Shown here one piece after another: positions 9,459 to 17,244 of a stretch of DNA of 52,353 nucleotides. A program made the position numbers and the translations under genes. Source of the DNA: Bacteriovoracaceae bacterium (lineage in GTDB: Bacteria; Bdellovibrionota; Bacteriovoracia; Bacteriovoracales; Bacteriovoracaceae); contig JABIHA010000018.1 in assembly GCA_018649885.1 (NCBI GenBank), forward strand, positions 62,001-114,353, read 5' to 3'. Within the stretch, counting starts at the first letter, position 1; each line of letters starts with the position of its first letter. The notes below the pieces were generated by a model that saw only the letters and a program-made list of their open reading frames with translations, was not told where the DNA came from and made no database searches.

Positions 9459-9668
9459 ATGAAAGAAATTGGAAAACTTATTGGTTACAAAGAGGCCGCT
9501 GAATTTTTGGGATTACCACTTGGAACCATGTACTCAATGGTGCACAGAAATGAAATTCCTCATTATAGGATATCAAAAAGGTTAGTGCGCTTTTCTGTAG
9601 AAGCCCTGCGTGATTGGATCAGTTGCCACGGTATTGATGAAAAAAGAGTTGGAGGTAGTGATGAATAG
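9459..9668 (+). CDS. Excisionase-family HTH protein (HTH_17/AlpA-like)
   Basis: KEAAEFLGL..GTMY.MV..NEIPHYRI..RLVRF...LRDWI; AAGGAG SD. Confidence 0.9.
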   Translation: MKEIGKLIGYKEAAEFLGLPLGTMYSMVHRNEIPHYRISKRLVRFSVEALRDWISCHGIDEKRVGGSDE

Positions 9669-11133
9669 TGTTCGGACACCACTCGACTCATTAGTAAGGT
9701 GGGAAGAATTCTTTTTAAATGAATACAAAAATGGCATCTCTCATGGAGATGTCACTCTATATGCTGATACACATAAATATTTAGTAGAAGAGGCGATTGA
9801 GCTTGGAGTTACGATTGAGCTAATAAACCAGGCTTTGTCTTCTGCATTCAAAAGATATGAAAAATATAAGCTAGAAGTAGGTATTGATTCACTGAAAGAA
9901 GATTTTGATAAAACGATAGAGGAATCCATTTGGGTAAGAAATATTCAAAAGAAAAGTGAGCTGGTGTTAGTACATTACCAAAAAAGAAGGATAGCAAGAA
10001 TAGATAATAGCTATCTTAATGAGTATATTTCAAAGTTGGGCGATACTTCTTCTACAATAAAGAAGAAAAAAGAAAAACCCTGTGTATTTTCTTATAACCC
10101 ATTCCAGAAAAAGATTATCGACTATCAGAGTGATTTTCCTATTTTTAACCAGTATGTGCCACCTTTTTGGCTTGAGAAGTATTATTGGGGAGAAGAAGAC
10201 TCAATCGGAGAAGGTGATGGTCTGCCATTAGAAATAACTGAATATCTTACTCATTTGTGTTCTGGTGAAAGAGATTGCCAAGAGTATGTGTTGCATTGGA
10301 TGGCAAAAAGCTTAAGATCAAAAAATGTAACCGCTCTTTTACTTTTGAGTGAAACAAGAGGCACAGGGAAGACTCTTTTATATGAACTTCTTTCATTGGT
10401 GCACGGTCATTCAAACGCTGTAAAAACGAGGGATTATGTCCTAAAAAAAGAATTTAATCGTCATTTGAAAAATAAGTCGCTGGTACTAATAGATGAAATT
10501 TCTATAAATAAAGAGGAGCATTTCAACAATTTAAAAGATTATACTAATCCGCGTATTGAAATAACAGGAAAGGGAGTAGATTCCGAGCAGGATAGCTCCT
10601 TTATAAACTTAATTCTTGCTAGCAATAACTTAAATGCTCTTCCACTTCATCTTGATGAAAGGCAGTTTGCAGTAATAGAGGTCCCTGAGACTCCAATGTC
10701 AACGGCCAAAGCAGAGTGGGCTGACGAAGATTTGATAAAAAAATCAATACTGAGAATTGATAATGTCGAAAGGTTTGCGAGATATCTATGGCATTTTAAG
10801 TATGACAACAGACTTCTCTTAAAGCCTTATCGTGGGAAAAAGGCGGTAGAGGTGATTGCACAATGCACTCCTAGCTGGGAGAAATATCTAGTCGACGAGT
10901 GGTTTGTAGAATTCACCGGAAAAGAGAAATTATTAAACACACTTAAAGAGGAATTAGAGGATCAGTTTAATCACAAATTGAGCACATCAAAACTAACACT
11001 CTTTCTAGCTAAACACCCTGATAAATTTGAAGTTGGTCGGTTTAAAAGTGAATTACAAGACACTAATAAGAATAAAATACTAGTTCGAATAAACAAGAAA
11101 GATAAAAAATCCATAGATGACATACCTTTTTAG
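9661..11133 (+). CDS. Phage/plasmid replication helicase (DUF5906 / NrS-1-type SF3-like P-loop NTPase); no primase domain recognised
   Basis: YVLHWMA, ETRGTGKT (Walker A), LVLIDE (Walker B), ASNN; start moved to ATG 9661 after GGAGG; ends DDIPF. Confidence 0.82.
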   Translation: MNSVRTPLDSLVRWEEFFLNEYKNGISHGDVTLYADTHKYLVEEAIELGVTIELINQALSSAFKRYEKYKLEVGIDSLKEDFDKTIEESIWVRNIQKKSELVLVHYQKRRIARIDNSYLNEYISKLGDTSSTIKKKKEKPCVFSYNPFQKKIIDYQSDFPIFNQYVPPFWLEKYYWGEEDSIGEGDGLPLEITEYLTHLCSGERDCQEYVLHWMAKSLRSKNVTALLLLSETRGTGKTLLYELLSLVHGHSNAVKTRDYVLKKEFNRHLKNKSLVLIDEISINKEEHFNNLKDYTNPRIEITGKGVDSEQDSSFINLILASNNLNALPLHLDERQFAVIEVPETPMSTAKAEWADEDLIKKSILRIDNVERFARYLWHFKYDNRLLLKPYRGKKAVEVIAQCTPSWEKYLVDEWFVEFTGKEKLLNTLKEELEDQFNHKLSTSKLTLFLAKHPDKFEVGRFKSELQDTNKNKILVRINKKDKKSIDDIPF

Positions 11134-11138
11134 CGGAA

Positions 11139-11242
11139 AGTGTAGGTAGTGTAGCAAGTGTGAAGTGTTTTATAGGAAAAGATATCATTGATACCAGAGG
11201 TCTTTAAACATTTGAATGCTACACTTTGTACACTTTTACACT
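11139..11242. promoter_or_regulatory. Putative replication origin with converging iteron arrays
   Basis: AGTGT(A) at 11139, 11148, 11157, 11164 and inverted TACACT at 11220, 11229, 11237 around an AT-rich spacer, directly after the helicase. Confidence 0.7.
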
Positions 11243-11325
11243 ATGGCGAAGAGATCTTGATTGAGCATTGTTCTTCTGTAAACTACTACAAAAGTACTAC
11301 GATAAAGTCGAAGGAGAGTGGTGAT

Positions 11326-11745
11326 ATGACTCAAGTTGAAAGAGATGAGAAGAAAGAAGAATTTTATGTTTTAAGGGCCCTAAAGAGAAAGTCTTTAAGA
11401 GAAATTGAAGCTGAAATTGGAGTAACTACAAAGACATTATGTGCTTGGCAAAAAGATATGAACTTAGAAATAAGGAGAGAGTGGGATGCAGGCAGAGAAG
11501 AGTTGGCTGCAAAATATCGTTTTACTCACAACGAGAAGTTAAAGATCCGTGGAGAGCTACATTGCTCACTTGTTGAGGAAATCAAAAGCCGTGATTTAAA
11601 AGAAATGCCAATTGAAAAGTTAATTCAGGCATTGCTAAAGGTGCAAGATCAGCTTTATGGTCCATCTATTATCCACACAGGCGGAAAATGTGGATTGCTA
11701 GATAATTTTAATGTCACACCAGACTCAATTGATGGGGCGTCTTGA
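11326..11745 (+). CDS. N-terminal HTH protein, terminase-small-subunit-like
   Basis: SLREIEAEIGVTTKTLCAWQ HTH then helical region; start moved to ATG 11326 after AAGGAG. The TerS role is inference from position. Confidence 0.6.
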   Translation: MTQVERDEKKEEFYVLRALKRKSLREIEAEIGVTTKTLCAWQKDMNLEIRREWDAGREELAAKYRFTHNEKLKIRGELHCSLVEEIKSRDLKEMPIEKLIQALLKVQDQLYGPSIIHTGGKCGLLDNFNVTPDSIDGAS

Positions 11746-11762
11746 TCATTATTAAGTATCAC

Positions 11763-12101
11763 CTAGGCAGCTTTATCACTAGCTGACTCCACAATTGTAT
11801 TTAACATATTATCTATTCTTCTTCTTTCAACAGTATTGTTATGGGAAATTAAAACCCAGGGGATTATCCAAAATCCAAAAGTGAAAAAGGTAATAAAGAA
11901 ATGCAAAAAGTGGCTGGTCTTCTTGTTTCCCATTGAGGCCTGTAATCTCCCAACTTCAAGTTGCCTTTGCTCTGGTGACATTTTTTCGTATTTTTCAAAT
12001 AGCTTCTTTTGCTGCCTTCTGTTGAACAAAATAATTGGAGTTGCCATTACTGCCACTGTCAAACCAAGTCCAAGTAAAATAATTACAGTTCCGATATCCA
12101 T
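11763..12101 (-). CDS. Small membrane protein co-transcribed with the XRE regulator
   Basis: N-terminal TM plus SHFLHFFITFFTFGFWIIPW hydrophobic segment; GGAG SD. Confidence 0.75.
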   Translation of the reverse strand: MDIGTVIILLGLGLTVAVMATPIILFNRRQQKKLFEKYEKMSPEQRQLEVGRLQASMGNKKTSHFLHFFITFFTFGFWIIPWVLISHNNTVERRRIDNMLNTIVESASDKAA

Positions 12102-12110
12102 AATCTTCTC

Positions 12111-12404
12111 CTATTTTTGTACTCTTCTAAGAATTACTTCAAAGATCCCAGCATTTATCTCTTCTTTATATTTATCAATTTCAGATTTGAGGCCTGTCTT
12201 ATTATCCAGAAAACAAATATCCTCAATGGAGCATCCAAAATAGTCTGCCAGCTTTTTTACTTGCGAAATATTTTTCGGAGATTGGCCTGAAAGCCAGTTG
12301 TGAATAGTTTGCTGATTAATACCACATTTTTTGGCCAGGTTTGTGATAGAAATACCACTTTCGTCAATCAAGTGCTCAAGATTTTCTTTAAGTCTAAGTT
12401 CCAT
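12111..12404 (-). CDS. XRE/Cro-CI family HTH regulator
   Basis: ISITNLAKKCGINQQTIHNWLSGQSP...KKLADYFGCSIEDI; ATG at 12404 after AAGGTG. Confidence 0.88.
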   Translation of the reverse strand: MELRLKENLEHLIDESGISITNLAKKCGINQQTIHNWLSGQSPKNISQVKKLADYFGCSIEDICFLDNKTGLKSEIDKYKEEINAGIFEVILRRVQK

Positions 12405-12444
12405 GCTCACCTTTCGTAAGTTATACCCCAGCACTGCACCCCTT

Positions 12445-12478
12445 TATCTCTTGAGATATTTTTTTATCTCGAAAGATA
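12445..12478. promoter_or_regulatory. Tandem palindromic operators upstream of the XRE gene
   Basis: TATCT-N4-AGATA at 12445 and 12465, 20 bp apart. Confidence 0.65.
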
Positions 12479-12619
12479 ATGAGTAATTTCTATTCAGCTC
12501 AATTGTTCCTTTTTTTATAGTGATCCAGAAACGATTAGAGGTTTCCAAAGCATTAGTATTTTCAACCTTTATAGGAGTCGGAAAACTCCATGTAATTTCA
12601 GTGTTATTCAACAGTATAT

Positions 12620-13192
12620 TCAACCATATTTTTTTAGGGTTTTGGAAACTGCTGATTTTGTAACACCAAGCCTTGATCCAATTTGAGAAAGACTCAACCC
12701 CTCTGCTCTAAGCCTTATAACTTTGTCTGCATCAATTGTTCGTGGCCTACCAAGAGTCTTACCCTTGGCCTTAGCGTTTCGAAGCCCGGCCTTTACTCTT
12801 TCTTTGATTAGTGCCGCTTCAAACTCCGCAAAACTGGCCAATATATGTGTCATCAATTTGCCACTTGCAGTTGTCATGTCAATACTATCTTTTAAAGATA
12901 TAAACTCTACTCCTAGATCAGATAGCTCTTGAAGCGCTGTAACCATGCCTTTAAGGGATCTAAAAAGCCTATCTAACTTCCAGCATATAAGGACATCAAA
13001 CGATCTATATTTAGCAGCTACCATTAGTGATTTGAAGCCCGGTCTATTTGAATTTGTACCAGAGGCTTTGTCTTCGTAAGTTTCTACGAGTCTCCAACCC
13101 CTCGCTGAAATGTAGGCTAGAATTTCTCTATTTTGTAGCTCATAAGATTGATCTTCAGTAGATACTCTTAAATAAATAGCAGCTCTTTTCAT
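12620..13192 (-). CDS. Serine recombinase (resolvase/invertase family)
   Basis: YLRVST..Q, DKASG...RPG, KLDRLFRS, ER...G...A...G...GRP, C-terminal HTH. Confidence 0.95.
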   Translation of the reverse strand: MKRAAIYLRVSTEDQSYELQNREILAYISARGWRLVETYEDKASGTNSNRPGFKSLMVAAKYRSFDVLICWKLDRLFRSLKGMVTALQELSDLGVEFISLKDSIDMTTASGKLMTHILASFAEFEAALIKERVKAGLRNAKAKGKTLGRPRTIDADKVIRLRAEGLSLSQIGSRLGVTKSAVSKTLKKYG

Positions 13193-13273
13193 AGGTATAT
13201 TCTACTGCAGTGCAAGAAGTTGTCAAGCAAGAAATTGTGTTGCAATTTATTTATTACTGGATATTATAGGGTT

Positions 13274-13501
13274 ATGGCTAATAAAAAACTACCATCTGAT
13301 TATCCTCAGTTTTCATTCAGAATTTCGATTCAGGATAAAGATGAAATACAATCTAAAGCTGAGAAATTGTGTGACAAGCTAAATCAGAGTTTAAGTGAAG
13401 AAGAGAAAGTATTTAGGAAAAATGAAGTAATCACTCTTGCTTTGTATGAAGGCTTAAGAGTAATTAATTCTAAAGGGGTTAAAAAAAGATTAAAAGACTA
13501 G
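13274..13501 (+). CDS. Small Arc-like ribbon-helix-helix protein (putative)
   Basis: YPQFSFRIS alternating strand followed by helices, similar to Arc PQFNLRW; start moved to ATG 13274. Confidence 0.6.
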   Translation: MANKKLPSDYPQFSFRISIQDKDEIQSKAEKLCDKLNQSLSEEEKVFRKNEVITLALYEGLRVINSKGVKKRLKD

Positions 13502-13558
13502 GGAGCCTAGCTCGGGATTTTTTATGAAAAGTTTTTCCCGATTATTGATTATTGCAGA

Positions 13559-15226
13559 TTATTTTTTAATACCATTGCTTCTAGGTGGTTTTAATAACCT
13601 CCATTCTCCTCTTTTTTTTGGGACACTCGCTATGAAGCTTGGATCATCCTTTGCCCACTTTGAAAACATTCTGGACAATTGAGAATTTTCGGTCTTTGTA
13701 TCTGACATACCTATAAATTTCCTCATTTCATCAAATGTAATGTATCCTTGCCTCGTTCCAGTGTAAGCGATTTCATTTAAAAATGATTTTAACTGGATTT
13801 CCTCTGCCACGGTAAATTTCCTAGTAACTTGTCCCTCAAGTGCCACAGTGACCCATCTTTTCTGGTACAATTTGCCATTGATTAAAGAAACAGGTGTCAT
13901 GTCGCTAGATACAACTCTATTGGCAATGTCTTTGTAATGCTCGTCAAGGCATTCATCAATTTCGTCCCAGTTTTTATTACTCCATAGAACTAAAGCAGTT
14001 GCTACTCTTCTCTCATCAGCATTAGGGAAATTAGTTTTCAATCTCTCTATAAGGTTTAATAGGTTTTTATTAGATTCTTCATTGTACAGAGTTATGGACC
14101 AAGTTGCGTATGTGCCATATTCTTCGAAACCAACTATTGGCTCTCTTTTACCTCTTTCAATCATTGTTCTGAATATTCTTCTTTTGCCACTTCCTAGCTC
14201 ATCTGAAATTCCTGCCATTTTTAAACATTCCATAAGTAAGTTATTTGTAGTTTTGTGAGCCTTTGAAAACCACTTGTTCACGAAATATTTTGCTTCCATA
14301 TTACAATTGTTAGTTATTGTGATCCGACTTGGGTAAACCTCTATAAGTAAGCCTCCCTGATCCTTTGAATATTTTGCATGTGCAACTGCATTTGCAAGGA
14401 CTTCTCTTAGTGCCTTCTTTGGATAGGGAACTTCATCGGTTATTGAAAGAGATTTCTCTGATGATTGTGCCTTGCCTCTAGTCCAGTTTTGGATCTCTTC
14501 GACAAAGTCATCTCGTAGAATTGAATAGAGTCCACTTTTTTCCTGTTTTGACAAAATATCATCATCCTCGTTGTAAAAGACAACCCTCGTTTTGAAATCA
14601 CCAAATAAAATGCCTGAAGCTTTCTTATTTTCAATCACAAACTTTGAAAGCATCTGTGATGCGGTTGAGTTGCTAACGCTGAAACCCTCTTCGAATTTGC
14701 CATTTTCCTCTACCTTTTGGGCAAATTCAATTATTAATGGACCGTCTGTATTTCCCTGATACTCCATTTTTGAAAAGTCCGAGCCTGGAAGCTTAAGTGT
14801 CAAGTCCAATACATTTTCTTGTGTCATTTCACTGCAGGCTGTTCCTATCATTTTGTAGGGCTTATCATTCCACCGGACAACTTCATTTGGAGATTCTATT
14901 TCAATAATTAATATCGCACCTTTTTCTAAATTTTCACCTTTAATATTTACAACGCTAAAGTCAGGTTCAAGAAACTGTGCAATGTGGCTCGATACCATTC
15001 TTTCAGTTTCAGTTAGCCACTTGGCATCTTTCCCCAATAACTTCCCGGCATCAGAAATACCTACGACTAACCAGCCTCCATTTCGACTTAAGTGATTGGC
15101 GATGCCGCATATTTTTTTCCCATATGATTGGGCCCAAGTTGATTTCAGCTCAATCAAGCTTTCTGTCACTTCTAGCAAGGATTCATTTTCAATTTTTTGA
15201 ATTAATTCTTTTCTATTGATTCTCAT
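13559..15226 (-). CDS. Schlafen/AlbA_2 + HATPase_c_4 (RecG C-terminal-like) + wHTH protein
   Basis: IELKS, ICGIAN..GGWLVVGISD.G...G, YPKKALREVLANAVAH..Y, ELGSG..RI. Confidence 0.82.
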   Translation of the reverse strand: MRINRKELIQKIENESLLEVTESLIELKSTWAQSYGKKICGIANHLSRNGGWLVVGISDAGKLLGKDAKWLTETERMVSSHIAQFLEPDFSVVNIKGENLEKGAILIIEIESPNEVVRWNDKPYKMIGTACSEMTQENVLDLTLKLPGSDFSKMEYQGNTDGPLIIEFAQKVEENGKFEEGFSVSNSTASQMLSKFVIENKKASGILFGDFKTRVVFYNEDDDILSKQEKSGLYSILRDDFVEEIQNWTRGKAQSSEKSLSITDEVPYPKKALREVLANAVAHAKYSKDQGGLLIEVYPSRITITNNCNMEAKYFVNKWFSKAHKTTNNLLMECLKMAGISDELGSGKRRIFRTMIERGKREPIVGFEEYGTYATWSITLYNEESNKNLLNLIERLKTNFPNADERRVATALVLWSNKNWDEIDECLDEHYKDIANRVVSSDMTPVSLINGKLYQKRWVTVALEGQVTRKFTVAEEIQLKSFLNEIAYTGTRQGYITFDEMRKFIGMSDTKTENSQLSRMFSKWAKDDPSFIASVPKKRGEWRLLKPPRSNGIKK

Positions 15227-15670
15227 AAAATGCCTATTATTTTAACCTGAGGGGATTTTTATTAGAGTATCCTCCGAGTACCTAAATATGTAAAATTGCG
15301 GAGCAAGCGTCGAGCAGGCATCGAGCAAACAAAGTACTGCAATTACAGTAGGTTAGAGAGGTAAAAATTTACATTTTTCTCTGTAGGCACCATTTGTACT
15401 TTGAAAAAAGTTGAGCAAGCATTTATGAGTTAACGAATCAATTAACTCAAGAACACTTCTAGCAGATGACCAGTCTAACCAACGAAGAGTGTTCAAAAGT
15501 ATGGTATTGACCTTGGTTTGAGAATTATACTTGTATTGCTTCAAGTCATTAAGGTAGTGCGGTAAAATCAAGTTGTTGGGTATGTGCAGGTAGCCTTTAG
15601 AAAGAATCCGATTAACTACGTCGCTGTGATAGGCTGAAATTTATCAAAGTATTATACAGTTTAGTTTGAA

Positions 15671-16303
15671 TCATTTTTTAAAGTAAGTAAGGCTTTTATA
15701 ATTTCTCTCAAAGAAATCAAGTACATCTCTTGCATGCTTTATGGCCTCAGTTTGGTCAAAGGATTGGTTTTCACTAAATAGATGTGTACTAAGAATAAAA
15801 AATATAAATTCATAATTTTGAAGACCCATATTTGGAGCTCGGTGCTGTAGCTTTTCTTTATCTACATTTTTTGCTAAATGCCTAAGCTTAGTTGCACTTG
15901 AATATCTCGGAATCTTCTCAAGCTTTTTTCTTGAGGCTTCAATTGGACCACCTAGGCTTGAGATCTCACTTGAAGTCGTGAGCAGTTTTCCGCATTCTTC
16001 ACTTGATAAATAACAACTCAGGGTTAGAACAAGTGCCCTAATAATTGTTTCATCATCTATAGGGTTATTTTTTATTTTTTTATAAATTTCTTCTAGCTCG
16101 GACAAGACGATAACTGATTCAATTTCTTCCTTATCGTTTTTTAAAAAGCTATCAATGCGCTGATACACTTTGTCCAAGTCAGAATTTATTGACTCAACTT
16201 CTGTTGGAATTTTATCAATTCGATAGATACTATAAATGTAGGCGAACTCTGTTATCGCTCTTGTTCTTAAATCTATATCTACTGATAAGTTGTTTTGGTC
16301 CAT
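15671..16303 (-). CDS. Hypothetical island cargo protein (start uncertain)
   Basis: Long helical ORF without known motifs; the upstream extension to 16423 covers att-arm DNA. Confidence 0.6.
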   Translation of the reverse strand: MDQNNLSVDIDLRTRAITEFAYIYSIYRIDKIPTEVESINSDLDKVYQRIDSFLKNDKEEIESVIVLSELEEIYKKIKNNPIDDETIIRALVLTLSCYLSSEECGKLLTTSSEISSLGGPIEASRKKLEKIPRYSSATKLRHLAKNVDKEKLQHRAPNMGLQNYEFIFFILSTHLFSENQSFDQTEAIKHARDVLDFFERNYKSLTYFKK

Positions 16304-16418
16304 GATCGGGCCAATAATAGACAATGATGGGCAAGCTAGACAAGCTTGACAAGGATGATTGTGTAAAATATACACGTATTTGCAAGGAGATGAAGTTGAA
16401 CAAGAGGTTGGCTGGCTA

Positions 16419-16476
16419 CTCATAACCCGAAGGTCGTCAGTTCGAATCTGGCCTCCGCAACCAATTAAAATATAAA
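16419..16476 (+). repeat. attR (displaced 3' fragment of tRNA-fMet)
   Basis: Identical to 8071-8128; the 5' half of the tRNA is absent. Confidence 0.96.
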
Positions 16477-16479
16477 ATT

Positions 16480-16509
16480 AGAGGATCCATCGGGATCCTC
16501 TTTTTTTTT
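16480..16509 (+). terminator. Intrinsic terminator (original host copy behind the tRNA)
   Basis: AGAGGATCC-ATCG-GGATCCTCT plus T-run. Confidence 0.9.
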
Positions 16510-16512
16510 GTT

Positions 16513-17139
16513 TTACCAAATAGAGTTGCGGACAGTATCATCAATCTCAAATGTTAGCCCTTCAAGGAATTCTTTTGTCTCAGAGTAATCGTCAGCGTTT
16601 TCAAAGACAATGCAATTTTTTTCATGCTCACGAAGTTGTCTTAAGTTCTCTTCGAGGTCTTTTCCACTAATTCCCTCAAAAAGAATTCTTTTTTTATTAC
16701 GTCTACTATCTTGTACGTAATCAGCAATACTATAGATAATAATTCCACCCTCAATTGTATATTGGATACCCTTTAAAGAAAGAATTACTCGTTGGACTGC
16801 TATGGGAAGGGCGGCAAAAGGTCCCATCAGTAAGGCCCCAATAATTCCTATAGAAGAGTAAAATGAAAATGCTTCGATGAACTCTATATTTTGGATTGCA
16901 ATTAAATCTCCCAAATCATACCCAGGGGCAACTGAGTTAGGGCGATTTCCTAATAATTTGCAAACAGTGTTTTTACAATCAGTAAAAATGAGACGGTTCC
17001 TCAAATAATTGCTTGGATGTTGATAAATAGTTTCGGTACAAATTTGATATGATGGTGGAGTGCTAGCAGCAAAGTTAGAGAAACTCAGTGTCAGCATTAC
17101 AAAAAATAGAAATATTTTGATCGTTTTGATTTCCATCAT
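16513..17139 (-). CDS. Exported/membrane hypothetical protein
   Basis: Signal-peptide-like N-terminus and central hydrophobic segment. Confidence 0.7.
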   Translation of the reverse strand: MMEIKTIKIFLFFVMLTLSFSNFAASTPPSYQICTETIYQHPSNYLRNRLIFTDCKNTVCKLLGNRPNSVAPGYDLGDLIAIQNIEFIEAFSFYSSIGIIGALLMGPFAALPIAVQRVILSLKGIQYTIEGGIIIYSIADYVQDSRRNKKRILFEGISGKDLEENLRQLREHEKNCIVFENADDYSETKEFLEGLTFEIDDTVRNSIW

Positions 17140-17244
17140 ATTCTCTTTATCAATGAATCGATGAGGTTGTTCAATTGGGATGAAAAAAATATAGTGCTAA
17201 GTTTTTCACGAGTTGTGAAAACATTTGAGTAACCATGAACAAAT

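Noticed and set aside
11188..11325. 5' extension of the HTH ORF
   Set aside because: TTG start without SD overlying the iterons; a strong SD precedes ATG 11326.
12480..12650. Resolvase res site or invertible segment (GTTTCCAAA at 12541, TTTGGAAAC at 12641)
   Set aside because: Only 9 bp, with one copy inside the coding sequence; no clear subsite structure.
15353..15571. 72-aa ORF in the island
   Set aside because: TTG start, no SD, no motif; cannot be supported, though a gene remnant is possible.
8260..16303. Complete prophage or conjugative element
   Set aside because: No structural, lysis, relaxase or T4SS genes recognised within the att sites.
16304..16423. ORF-track start whose ATG is the complement of the CAT anticodon in attR
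   Set aside because: The extension is Ser/Cys/Pro-rich and overlies arm and repeat sites; most likely coincidence.
16419..16463. Second tRNA-Met gene
   Set aside because: Only the 3' half is present; it is attR.
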